From Negaprion brevirostris (Eukaryota): a stretch of 63,538 nt of DNA. The notes beneath the pieces are model-generated. The model was not told where the DNA came from and did not search any database. It saw nothing but the letters and a program-made list of their open reading frames with translations. How positions within the stretch are numbered: position 1 is the stretch's first letter; each line of letters begins with the position of its first letter. Below are positions 25,455 to 38,229 of this stretch, in pieces. Location: the NCBI GenBank assembly GCA_030324005.1, contig JARDVH010000115.1, forward strand, positions 48,740,246 to 48,803,783. Reading direction: 5' to 3'. Position numbers and translations under genes: made by a program.

Positions 25455-26696
25455 CTAAGAAGTGTTGAGAAGTGGTCTGGAATACACACCTTGGTAGTAG
25501 GAAGGTTCACTTGCCAGGACCGAGGGCTCCAAGCTGCTCTTGCCCATTGAGCTGAGGGTTAGCCCGCTGGCCATGCTGCTGCCATAGCTGGAATAGTGCA
25601 TGGCCTGTTCATAAGCCTTCAAGTCCATCTTGTGATGTTGTTGCTCAGACGACATGAGGTTATTGATGGAAAAGGGGTGATTGAAGGAATAATGCGGATC
25701 TCCCTTTAGGTGGTGAACTTGCTGCGAGTCGGCGGCCGACACGTGGCCCATGTGTGGGTGTGGGTGGGGATGTGGCGGGTGAGGGTGTGGGTGAGGGTGG
25801 GGGCTCATGGTGCCCCCGATGGACGGACCCGAGCTCACCAGCGGGGCCTGGCTCTTGATGTCGGTCTGGGCTCGGCTGTCCGGGCTGGCCGAGCTGTTGG
25901 AGTCGCTGAGAGGCGCCGTGCCCTCGGGCCGCCCGCTGCCGCCGGGGGTGGAGGAAGCGGCCGACTCTTTCCTCCCTCCCTCCGAGGCCGCTTTCAGCGC
26001 CGACTTCTTCTCGCACTTGAAGCGCTTCTGGCGCCGCAGGTAGCAGCCGTTCTCGAACATGTTTCCGGAGTCTGGGTGCAGTGTCCAGTAGGAGCCTTTC
26101 CCTGGCTTGTCTGGGGAACGGGCCACTTTAATGAAGCAGTCATTGAAGGACAGAGAGTGTCTGATGGAGTTCTGCCAGCGCTGCTGGTTCTGCCGGTAAT
26201 AGGGGAAGAGGTCCATGATCCACTGGTAAATCTCACTCAGGGTCAGCATTTTGCTGGGAGCTTGCTGGATGGCCATGGTGATGAGGGAGATGTAGGAATA
26301 GGGCGGCTTGGCGTGCGGGTAGGTGCGCCGGAATGTTTTGGTGTCCCTGGGCCGGCTCAGGGTGCTCTGACTGTAAGCCATGGGGCTGATGGCTGGGCTC
26401 AGACTCGAATAGGGGCTCAGGGTGTTCATGGGTGGCTGCTGGCCGCTCATGTTGGGGCTGATGGCCGGGCCCATGGCCGTCACCCCGGCCCCCATGCCGT
26501 TCATTGTGGCCGCTCCACTGCCTGGCATCCCGCCCATGCCCGGACTCAGCCCCGTACCGATCCCCGGGTTCCCGTAGGACATGTTAAAGGAGCCCGCGCT
26601 CATGTTGCCGCTGGAGCCCATGCTGTTGATGCCCATGTAGCTGTTGATGCTGCCCAGTCCCGGGTTCATGCTGTTTACCGGCACCGCTGAATAAGC
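25455..26696 (-). CDS. FOXA1: FOXA1 (HNF3-alpha) exon 2
   Basis: Forkhead domain ([17 protein letters not shown]...YLRRQKRFK, ~26017-26312), FOXA1-type [21 protein letters not shown] (EH1 motif) and C-terminal [14 protein letters not shown]. Acceptor TTTCTTTTATTGTGAAG, phase 0, stop TAG. Confidence 0.97.
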   Translation of the reverse strand, partial: AYSAVPVNSMNPGLGSINSYMGINSMGSSGNMSAGSFNMSYGNPGIGTGLSPGMGGMPGSGAATMNGMGAGVTAMGPAISPNMSGQQPPMNTLSPYSSLSPAISPMAYSQSTLSRPRDTKTFRRTYPHAKPPYSYISLITMAIQQAPSKMLTLSEIYQWIMDLFPYYRQNQQRWQNSIRHSLSFNDCFIKVARSPDKPGKGSYWTLHPDSGNMFENGCYLRRQKRFKCEKKSALKAASEGGRKESAASSTPGGSGRPEGTAPLSDSNSSASPDSRAQTDIKSQAPLVSSGPSIGGTMSPHPHPHPHPPHPHPHPHMGHVSAADSQQVHHLKGDPHYSFNHPFSINNLMSSEQQHHKMDLKAYEQAMHYSSYGSSMASGLTLSSMGKSSLEPSVLASEPSYYQGVYSRPLLNTS

Positions 26697-27375
26697 CTTC
26701 ACAATAAAAGAAAGTGTTAGTCNNNNNNNNNNGTCAGCGCGCCAAGTTTTATTTCAAATTTCAGAACACATTGCTCACCAGCTATTTTAACGGGAAACTT
26801 ATCTTTCACAACACGTTGGAGAGAGGGAACTTTGGACTCATTTGAGTAAAATGAGGTGAGAAAGGCCACGCCTCTTAAAATAAAATCTAAAGTTCTAAGA
26901 GTTTCCTCCCGGGAGTAACATTAACAGATACAACAGTGCTACTGGTTATTGTGGATGACTGGTGCAGATTCTGGCCGCTCCTGTAAACACTGGAGCGGGA
27001 GAGAGAGCGGGCTCAGCTCCCTCCTCTCTCTGATGCCATCTCCTGGACAATAACTTTGTCTCATTTCCCCCCCTGTGTCGAATACACACACACACACATA
27101 AAAATTCCACACCAAACAGTTTGACTAACTACACTGTTTAGTGTTACGTTTCATGTTGTGCCACCNNNNNNNNNNNNNNNNNNNNNNNNNNNNNNNNNNN
27201 NNNNNNNNNNNNNNNNNNNNNNNNNNNNNNNNNNNNNNNNNNNNNNNNNNNNNNNNNNNNNNNNNNNNNNNNNNNNNNNNNNNNNNNNNNNNNNNNNNNN
27301 NNNNNNNNNNNNNCTGGTGCTGGCTGCCGCAAGGGCTCACCTCACAATAAAGGTGCAATTGTTACTTTGACTCAC

Positions 27376-27450
27376 CTCCTGCGGTTCCCCGTAGTAAGTG
27401 CTCCAGTCAGCAGCTTCGTGCCCTTCCATCTTCACCGTACCTAACATCAT
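27376..27450 (-). CDS. FOXA1: FOXA1 exon 1 coding part
   Basis: Translates [25 protein letters not shown], followed by a GTGAGT donor. Joins in phase 0 to AYSAVPV, the QE|AYS junction recalled for mammalian FOXA1. The start could be 27450 or 27447. Confidence 0.97.
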
Positions 27451-27639
27451 GGAAGCAGACTACAATGAAGCAACATCAAAGCTTGCCCCCAAAATAAAAT
27501 CCCACCGCGGATGTACTCTGACTGAAATACAGTGCAAGGATAGAATAGAGCCTGCCAGAGTAAGGAAGTGGTGGGACGCGAACACTTTTAGTGGCGCTGG
27601 GGACATGCGTAGTGATTTAACTGTCCACAGATCCTGCCT

Positions 27640-27835
27640 CCTTCCCCGATTTGCCCAGATCTTTCTATATTTGAATAATCAGCTCTCACCTAAGCGTTAG
27701 GATACTCTGTGTGCCTATTGCACACCTGCCTTCACTGCAGACACTGCTCACATCCAACTAGCTGCCACTCAGCGGGCCTGACTTGAGTCATTGAAAATAG
27801 TCCCCATTGGATTTGCAAATAGACTAATTGGTTTA
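27640..27835 (-). promoter_or_regulatory. FOXA1 proximal promoter (probable)
   Basis: TATA-like AAATATAGAAAG (~27661-27672), AP-1 TGAGTCA (27784-27790) and two CCAAT boxes (27806-27810, 27827-27831), 200-380 bp upstream of the ATG. Confidence 0.55.
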
Positions 27836-30800
27836 ACTCGGAAACAATAGGAAAGACAAACTATAGCAGTGGGATGAGAAACCATAAATTAATCCGGCAT
27901 CAAAAACGAAACCAGAGACGCATTTTCCCAAAGATTAAATGGACAGAGTCACAGGTCATGATTCGAGTTTCTTTTTACAATGTTTCTGCTACACCCTCCC
28001 GACAAAAATGTAGCTTAGCTAACGGTGGACTTTCCTGTCGCAAATTGAAGTTAGCCTGAACCATCTGAATAACACATTTTAAGGAAGGCGATAAACTGCA
28101 CAATTTGGCCTGTTAACACTTTTAAATCTGCTCGTGAAATCTCCAAAGTCTGACAGTTACAACACATTTCAACTAAATGTCAACACTGGGGATAATTTAA
28201 TAAACACTTCGTTTAGAAATGGCCCATCAGACTGGCTTGTGTAAAATGCATTAGTCCAGTAAATCAGTAATCTGGGAAGGAGATAGTCGGTCTGGCAGTT
28301 TGTCTATCGATAGCACCGTTAGCAAACCTTTGGACCAGCAAATATCTAAGCTCAACCAATAAGGGTAGCATTCCCAAAACAAATTGTTTCTGGGGAATTC
28401 AGCTCTGATCCCATGCAATTCATGAAATTACACGGGGATGTGAGCCGCAATCTGAAATCCACATGTTTGGTGACAAGACTATAAAGGGTGACGGAGCTTT
28501 CTGTCTGTTGTTCATTTAGAAATCTAAACAAATGTCTGTTTAATAAGCTCAGCGACATTCCTACCCTGAAAGAGACGGATCGGCCTGAAAGTGGCAGATG
28601 TAATTAGCCTGAGGTAGAATTTACTCTGCCGTGTGACGTCTTTGAGGAATGGTGTAAATAAACGCATTCTTCGTCCTTCTTTCGTCGCGATAGGTCGTAA
28701 AATGCAGAATGGAAGAATAGTTTGCATTGAAGATCACGTACCTCGGGTTACCCTCTTTAGGACTCTGTAGCCAGCCACAGCCTTCGCTCCAAGTCATCAA
28801 TAAATGAAACTTCAGTTTGTGCATTGGCTTTATGTAGCGCCTAGCAACGGGACAGCTTTTGGATCAGGGATGCTAACCCGAACAAGACGAACAGGCTTGG
28901 ACTCTCCCCCTCTTTATTATACAAGAAGTTTACTGCTCCCTCCGCCCGTGAGCTGGGTCCCAGGCACAAGCTGAAAGAGAAACACCGGGCTTGCAGCTAA
29001 CAACGCGTGTTTGAAAATCTCACACACCGGGGAGAACACAAGTGTAAATAGTCCAATGAAAACTAATTCATCTGTATTTTTACTTTCAATATACCGCCTT
29101 CTTCCTGTGATGTGACTTAGCCAGGGTTCTGAAATGATTAATTGCGCGCCCTTTATTTTCATATGAAATGTTAAGGAGATAGAAATCCGATTAGAACAAG
29201 CGCGCTCCATGAACCTGTTTACTTGTTCCTGTTCCAAATCTTGACGAAAACTGTTCAGTGAGCCGGCAGCGGCGTGTTCCTTCTGTAAATAACTCAAACC
29301 TATTACTTGAAGTGTAATGTTTGAAGTTTTGTCAGAATCACGAGCACTTTGAAAGATGCGAAAAGATTGAATTGACTCGATTTCTCTGTAAAGCAGAAAC
29401 AACAATTGTGACCAGAAAGATCTGTTTGGTTGAATTTTAAAATGCTATGCAGTTTTTAATGAAGTAATATTGAGGAAGGGAACTATCTCTAATCCACATG
29501 TCATTGTCACGGTTACAAGTTCGATCTGCCAAAGGGGCTCAGTCACACGGCCACCTATCTATGGTGCTTCCGAGTGACATGTCCGTCAATGGATCATTGA
29601 TGTGCATCCTTTACCAATGGCATCAGGAGCAAATCCGTTCTTGTACATGCCATGAGCGTGGAGTTGAAACTATCAAATAGACTTCACACTCAGCGAACTA
29701 AGTGCGTGTCCATTTTGTAAAATAAGAACAATATATGCACCAAGTCTTGCCAGTTTACTACATCCGCATACACAGGTTTACGCTTACTGTGTATTATCGT
29801 AACAATGTTTAAAAAGAGAGCAGCTAACACGATGGTGCTCTACAGTATCATTGTTTAAGTAAATTGATGACCGTGGAATGGGTCCAGCAGCATTACCCCG
29901 CAATGCAACTTTATCCTGTATTAACCAGCGGGAGCTGCTGGAATTTCCTAATTTAGTTCTCCATGAGGTGCAGTGTCCCACATCCCACCCCAAAATAGAT
30001 TGGAGCTGTGCATCATGTGTTCATTGACACAGCCGTTAACAGTATTAACAGTTAATACATAGCCAGTTCCGCTTGTAGGTCATTGTGAAGAGAGCGTTAA
30101 CTTGTGTTCATATATAAAAAAATCAGTCACTGAACAATTTCCGAAAAGCTTCGATTTCAGTGCCTCTACTGAGGCTTGATGAATCAAAAAATCCATTTGG
30201 AAATAAAAATTATTTCAGTGTGTAAAGATGTTTTAATCTTTGAAGTATAATTTAATGGCAATTAATTTACTGTCTAGATTGTGGATGTGAAGACTGTGTA
30301 TGTCCTAAATGCAAATGACCTCTTTCCAAAGTAGGCGAAATCTGAAAAAGACTCCTACCTGCTCTACACAGAGCCATTATATCGTGTGAAGGAAGCAAAT
30401 TAATTTGCTGTAACTAAACCAGTTCATAGATTCGCACGTGCTACGGATTACCTGCAAAAATAGTTTCCAGTAATTAAGGAGCAGCGTTGGCAATAAATAG
30501 GGAAGGAAGTCAGCGTATATCTTGAGAACAAACTATCCATCTGGAGGGAGCGACTCCGGGGACGCAGACGGTTTCAGAAAGGTCTCATTAGCATCTAAAG
30601 AGCAATATACACAGGGTGGATTCTGTTAACAATGTTGCAAATTTAATTGGATCATTCTAATTCAAGTGAGTTATCTATACGTGAAAGGGCTGACGTAAGT
30701 GTAAAAGTCTATAAGTTTAGCTGTTGAGACTGCTTTGCCATTCTTAAACAATCAGTACAAGTTTTGTGTTGATTTCGACCTTTGCAATGAACAATTTCGC

Positions 30801-33800
30801 ATGCAGTATCCGGCCTCCAACACAAAAATGACAGGAAAAGCCGAGGTTTATTACTGTGTAGTAACAAATCAAAATTGCTTCCCGCCTTGAAGCAGTATCT
30901 GAATTTTAAAATCAGTAATAGCGGTATAGTAAGAATGTTAGGGGCGAGTAAAATTCCGTGTCGTGTTAAATCGATCCCCAGGAGCATTTTCCAATGTTTT
31001 GCGAAAGGTAAAATGAAATGGAAATAATTTCAGGCTAATTTAAACACAATACATTAACATTATTTATTTGATCACCGCCAGGGCAAAAGTTCACGACCGT
31101 TTCTTGACCAGGTGACACATGGTAAGGCTGAGGATTTACTCTCCACTCTTTTAGGGGTGTTTAACCTGTGTAGAAAAGGAGCAAAATGACAACTTATTTA
31201 CTGAGGCCAGAATCCGCCAGAACACTGCCTTTCATGTTGGCTTCAGAAATAATTTAATGCTTCTTATTCAACTCCCCTGAAGACAAAGGCGGGACGAAAT
31301 TGTATTTCCTGAAGACCTTTCACTACACCCGGAGCATTCCGACATTTATTTGACAATGAAATAGTTTAGCCAATAATGTCCACAAAAATGTTGAAATTTT
31401 TCACTGGTTAATTAGCTTTGTTTAATCGATCGGCCAGGCGATAAAACAGAATTTCTGTTTCTGTTCAGGCCTTCGAGTTGCTTATCCGTATCAATTTCAG
31501 GCAATATGTTGACCCGCAGCTATTTTTGGACCCCCTGATGCCAAACAGGAGATTTTCGCCTCGATTGTGTTAAAGTTGCTTTATAATGCTATGAGGCCAA
31601 TTTCGAAAACATCGGTCTAAAGTAAAGATAATTCAAAAAAGGTGGTCTGGCACCGATTCGGCTCACGGTAGCAGCAGAAGCATTTTCCCCCTGTAACGCC
31701 AGTGAGCCAGCGGGGCTAATACTGCCTTACCACAACTAAATCTATATTTGCATCTTAGCGTACTGACTGGTTACACTGAACCCTCGGGAGTGGATCAGCT
31801 GGAAACCAATTCAAAACATGCAGCACAGTCATAAAGAGACTACTTTTGAAAGAAGGGAACACAAGTAAACGAGTATGATTTACTGGTTCTGAACAATTCA
31901 CACATCTGCTAATTCTGCACAACATTGTGACAACAATAACTTTGTCCTCTGCGCAAAAATAATTCTTAAAAGTGACAACTTTCAAAGCAACCACAAATAA
32001 CAAGGTAAGAAAAATCCAAAGTCGGGACATGAGCCGAGATCATACTTTTCAATCAAAATTGCATGGACTAAAATTCGGTGAAATATTTTGTAACTAGTGG
32101 ATTAAAATGTCACCAAATACAACATATATCACATGATTGGATTGGCTCAAGATCATGTTGCAGGAGTTATGATGGGGAATAACCTTAAACTCCAGCAAAA
32201 TAATACTGGATAAGTCAAAATTAGATTCGAATTTGGAGAATATTATGTGTGAAACAAAGCCTACAACAGCTNNNNNNNNNNNNNNNNNNNNNNNNNNNNN
32301 NNNNNNNNNNNNNNNNNNNNNNNNNNNNNNNNNNNNNNNNNNNNNNNNNNNNNNNNNNNNNNNNNNNNNNNNNNNNNNNNNNNNNNNNNNNNNNNNNNNN
32401 NNNNNNNNNNNNNNNNNNNNNNNNNNNNNNNNNNNNNNNNNNNNNNNNNNNNNNNNNNNNNNNNNNNNNNNNNNNNNNNNNNNNNNNNNNNNNNNNNNNN
32501 NNNNNNNNNNNNNNNNNNNNNNTCATTGCAATTTTTTTACAGTTAAGTCACCATAACCAAAACCAGAAAAGGTAGGCCTGCAAAATCCCAGACTGGTGGG
32601 ATGAGGATCTTCATGAAAATGGCATTTTTGCCTTTCCTTTCCATCTCTTTTCACTCTTCTTGCATGTGGTAACTCCTTACTGGGTTTTGGTTTTGCAAAC
32701 AGTGAGCACCACGTGGTATCTCATTTAATTGATCACTATGAGTGTTGGCAAGATATTCAGGAAGAGGCAGTGTTCACATGTATAGTTTTTTCAGCAGGGA
32801 TCACAGGATATAAATGAGGGGCTGATTTGCCCCTGCTCATTGAAATGCTGCTGAGTATGCCCCAGCTAAGGTGAGTAAACGCAGTACAGTATGGAGATCA
32901 AATCTGGACTCTTGCTGTTGTGCATGGGTCAGCTCCTCACCAGACACACCTGGGTGCATAATTGTTTTATTGTTGGACCAAAAGAGATTGGAATATGTCC
33001 TGATCCATTTGTCCACAATTTTCATTTGATCACTTATTTTATGATTTTTAAAAATCCTATAAATAAACAGCCATGTAAGTATATGCAAATGTTAGATTTC
33101 TTACTGTTTTCAGAGTAAATATAGGGAATGTTTGTTTGTCAATTAAATATCTCCTTGATCTGGATGATCAGTAGAATACATTTTGACTGCTTGCTGGATA
33201 GTATAAAGACACAGGCAGCTATCAAACCTATTGTGCTATGTTTGTTATTCAAATTAATTATGGAATCATCTCATCACATTTTCTGTGCATGAAGTTTTAT
33301 AGTTGGTTATGTATTTATGCAAGACATACATGCGAGTGTGTTGTAAAGCAAATTACTGACAGTAAATGGAAGTATTTTGTACTAATGCAGTGCAGAGATG
33401 GTAAATTTTGATTCTCATAAGGATACGAAAACTGATAATTCACATTAATATATTGATTATTTGTTTTAAAAATAGAAAAGTTTGAACAAGCAAAGCAAAG
33501 TTTTATTTGCACTTAAAACACTTTATCTCTTCTGTAGGAATTCTGCTGTTCTGATTAATGTTTTAAAATTTTTCAGCAAGGTGAATATTTATAACATAAG
33601 TTTCTTGGAAATTGAATTGCTTTTTTTTCTATCTCTATACTATGTCATCTGCAACTTGAGTCAGATGTGGAATGAAACACACTCTTATCTACTCCAGTGT
33701 GAGTATACCTTAATCACAATGTCAATAAATAATCCCTTTCATTTTTAACTTTATGATGATACTTTGTGTTCATCAAGTTGCAAAGAACATATATCTTTTG

Positions 33801-35299
33801 GCACCTGGTGGCAGCAATATGCATGCCCAGGACAGGTCTATCATGGATGTGAAGCAGAAATTCTTGCTAGTTTCAAGAATATGCACAACCCTACATCAGA
33901 AGAATATCACCATTGTACTAACACAATATTTAAATATCCTATGGCCCCTCTGAATGAGGTTGCTAAGTGGTATCAATGCCATCTTGGAGTTTGATTGAAG
34001 CTGCACATTTCACGTAGGAGACATTTAACTGAGGAACTAATTTCATGTCAAGTACATTCAGTTGGCAGACCAGTGTTTCAGATGAATTTGATTTGAGTTC
34101 AGACATGTAAAATAATTCATAAATGCTATTTAGTTCAACTGTATTAACATGGGTTTTATTATTCCCCAAATTACCACATTTACTCTGACTGCGATTGCTG
34201 CTTTGTAAAGCAAAAGTGGCCAACTTGTGGACAGTTTAATTTTTGTGGCCTGTTATCCACATCATAAGTTGAGATTGGTCAAAACCATCTTAGAACATTT
34301 ACAGACGTCAGAATGAATATATTTTTACCCAGATCTGAATTGCAGCCTGGATTCCATAAGAAATGCTGGTATGCTAATCCTTTGCACCAACCAATGCAAT
34401 CCAAATTCTCAAGATGGAAACATATCATTTCAGGTTACCTTTATAAAAACACAACAAATACGTCACTTCCTTGGAAATTTTAAATTAATGAAATATTATT
34501 CTATTTTCATAAATTACCTAATTTACTGGTAAAAATTAAAACATATTTTACAATGATTAAGGTGACTAAGAACATGAAAACATCAGCTCTCCTCTTCATT
34601 TGCCTGTGTCAGTCTTTGTTGTGTCAGTTAGAGGGATACTATTGTTAATTCAAGAACAATATACTCAAATATTCAAAATTTAGATCTGCCATTTTCAAAA
34701 TATATTTCTTTTTTTAGGAAATCAGAGAACATGTTAAAATTTTAGAATGAGGCAGTCCACACCGATTCAACTGATAATGAAGTCATGGAAGAAATAAAAT
34801 TCATACGTTATTGAATGTATGTAAATAGTAATTTTCTATTTTGCTATATGCTTCACATACATTAGCTCTCTGAAGTTTTACAAACTATTTGTATTTACTC
34901 CATTCAGTTTTATAATGTAACTAATCTATTTCACGTGTCTGTCAGGATTTCCTTTGTGTATCTAACTGGTGATAAGAAAGAGAATGGATATCTGCATGAG
35001 GTCAAAAGTCAAGAGCAGATTCCAATGCACTTTCCTGTCAACCAGCTCTGATTATCAGTTTTGTTCATAAAATATTTTTATTATTTGACAATGACGTTTT
35101 GTTAATGCCATGTGTGTGCCTATGCACAAATATACACAGTAACTCCGAAATAAGATGACACCAAATAACATGTAATAAGAAAATCATAATAAATGACAAT
35201 ATATTATAGTAACATTGATATCTAGATGTATGATGGTACACAGCTGATATCAAAATTGGCAAACAATGAGGGGGAAAAACCAGTTTACAATAACATGAT

Positions 35300-36070
35300 A
35301 TAGATAGGCTAGCAGAAAGGGTAGAAGTGGCAGGCAGAATTTAATAGAGAAGAATGAGATGATGCATTTTGGCAGAAGGAATTGGGGAAGGCAATGAAGA
35401 TATAATAGTGCTATTCTGAAGAACATGTATGGACCTCAGGGTGCATGTGCTCAAATTTTTGAAGGTGGTAGGGAATATTGAGAGAGTAACAGGCAAGGCA
35501 CATGATGGCATCTTAGGCTTCATAAGCAGATGCATTGAGTATTTTCGCAGAGAAATTATGGTGAAACTTTATAAAGCTCTGATTTAAAAACTATATTGTA
35601 CTACTAGAGTACAGTTCTGGTCACCACACTGTAGGAAGGGCGCCCGTGTCTTTGAGAGAATGCAGAGGAGATTCATCAAAATGTTTCCAGGGATGAGGGA
35701 TTTTAGTCATAAAGTTAGATTGGAGAATCTGGCATTGTTCTCCTTGGAGCGATGGAAACTGAGGGGAAATGTGAAAGGGGTGTTCAGATTCTGACAGTGG
35801 ACAAAGGGACTGTTCTCATTAACTGCGGTACAAGGACGGGGGTAGAAGGGGCTGGGGGCGATAGACATATGTTTCAGGTTTTGGCCAAGAGATGCAGCAG
35901 AGGGAGATGTAAGGAAGAACATTTTCACACAGCGACTGGTAATGAACTGAATGGCTCCCCTGTGAAGTGGTGGCAGTGGAGGCGAGTGATAATTTCGAAA
36001 GGAAACTTGATGAAAATTGCTTGCTATGGGGACGGGGAGGCGGAGGGGTGGTGGATCTGCTGTGGCTTTT
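35300..36070 (+). mobile_element. Decayed CR1 LINE 3' portion
   Basis: KWQAEFN, LYKAL and QFWSP motifs, followed by a (CT)n(AT)n(AC)n microsatellite at ~36080-36120. Confidence 0.75.
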
Positions 36071-37812
36071 GTACCTACTTTCTCTCTCTCTATATATATA
36101 TATTTACACACACATACATAATTAAATTATATTTGGAATAAAGGGTGGCTGGAACGCACAGAACAATCATAGCGTCATACACAATATGCGAACTTAACTT
36201 TCTCTTTCAAATGAGAATTGATCTGTTCTAAATGTTTAATTTTTTTCCTAGTTTTTATTACAGATTTCCAGAATTCGCAGCTTTTCTTTTTGCCTTGGTG
36301 CATCCAATCAGATTTTGGAGGCCGGATCAGCAGACGGACAGACTCCAAACCTATCGGTGCAATTCCGATTTGAAGTGTATTGAAGATACTTAACACAAAA
36401 TACTACTTACAATTTTTGGGGAAAATGATGCTGCGATGGGATAGAGTGGATGAGTGTAACATGTACCTGGGTACCTGGCACCGTAGGTTCAAACAAACAG
36501 ACACATTCAGTCTGAAGAATACGAATCCAATAAGGATATTTGTTTCTTCATTAAATTCAGATGAAGGATTATCTTCTAGACATTTCGAGTGACTTAATTG
36601 TCACAAAATAAGCTTTGGACTTGTCAATGTATTTACCTTTCTTTAATTTATGAAATGATTGGGCTTGTTGATGGGCACTGCCGGCTGAATGGGTTAATAT
36701 TTGCATTTTTAATATGCAATATTATTTTCTTCTCTTTCATTAGTCCAGACGTCACAGAGTTGTACACATCTACATTTAGTCATCGGACACTGATAATAGA
36801 TATGTCTGTGATACACACGATATTTATCAAAGGCGTGCAGTTTTAAAATGGTCCCAGATTAGTTCTCAATAAATATTAAAAGCGCTGCACAAAATCTGTT
36901 GTTGAAATGTCCTTGCGTCTACCTAATAGGAACATTTCCAGCGCAGCGGTCATGTGTCAGCCAGGGGTCGAAAGGGACAGATTGCCACTCCAGTTTTCCA
37001 GAGAAAGCAGCGACTATTTCCGTGCACATAGGTTGGCATGTGAGGCTCTGTGACACAATTTTATACCGCAGTACGGTCATAACATTTTCCCTTACAAAAA
37101 TGTTTAATTTGAATACAAGAATGGACAACGTGGAATAAGCAGGTCATTTCTGTGATCGTACAGGTCTGCACTTTCCGGTCATTTCGTTCTACTGTGGCTG
37201 TCTGGCATTTGATCCAGATTTAATCTGCAAGCAAACATACCCTTCCCATCCGCACACTAACCTCACTCCACCCTTCAGAACTCAAACACCAGGGGAAGAT
37301 TTGAGTCCAGACATATGTTTTAGCAAAGGTTTGAAACAAAGCTGGAACAGGGAGCAATGTCACCTGCATTTTGTTGAGTTCAGCATGATTACTTTTATCG
37401 GAGAGGTCAGTTGGTTATCGCCACGATAGCTATTTCAGTAAGCCAAAAGGAATGTAACTTCATATTGAAACAATAACCTTTTAAATCATATGACGAGAAA
37501 TGTAAAGTATATTATCCCAATTTCAAAACGCTGCAACAACTGAAAGGTTTTTTAGTTGTAAAGTTGTATTCAGGTCCACTGATTTCAAAGCATGGCCTAT
37601 GGTTTAGTTTGGATTCAGAACTTATATGTTTTCCCTGTCCTTCCCCGACACTGGAGGCGGCCCGGGTGATAATACCATGAATATTGATAAGTTCAATAAT
37701 ATTTAGTGCGCAGACACACACTGCAGAATAAAGTGTAGAATGTGAGCGCGTACACAGGTATTGTCTCAAAGACAGGCATTAAATTAGCTGACTTTCTTTA
37801 CCATTACCCTGT

Positions 37813-38128
37813 AGAATCATTACATGCTACAGTGCAGAAGGAGACCATTCGGCCCATCGAATCTGCACCAACCACAATCCCACCCACCCCCTATGCCCAT
37901 AGCCCCATGCATTTACCCTAACTAGTTCTCCTGACACTAAGGGGCAATTTAGCATGGCCAGTCTACCTAACCCCCATACCTTTGGAGTGTGGGAGGAAAC
38001 CGGAGCACCCAGAGGAACCCGCGCAGCCACAGGGAGAATGTGCAAACTCCACACAGACAGTGACCTAAGCCTGGAGTCAAACCCAGATCCCTGGCACTGA
38101 AGCAGCAGTGCTAACCACTGTGCCACCC
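37813..38128 (-). mobile_element. Near full-length HE1 SINE
   Basis: Reverse complement shows a GGTGGCACAGTGGTTAGCACTGCTGC head, V domain and CR1-type tail. Confidence 0.85.
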
Positions 38129-38229
38129 TGTAGAATAACATCCTATTGTTTTATTTTCTACAAATATAATTTGAATATCATATTTACTGTACATCAACTT
38201 CTTTTAAAATCTCTTCATGGTCATTTGTT

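Noticed and set aside
25710-26690. 326-aa plus-strand ORF (and shorter overlapping ORFs) opposite FOXA1
   Set aside because: Antisense shadow of a GC3-rich coding exon, confined to the FOXA1 CDS, with no recognisable domain.
26697-26702. ORF-track start MK for FOXA1
   Set aside because: The GTG is intronic acceptor sequence; the real start lies in exon 1.
32221-32575. ORFs spanning N runs (also at ~10.1, 12.8, 22.8, 27.2, 47.3 and 52.5 kb)
   Set aside because: Length is inflated by masked or gap bases.
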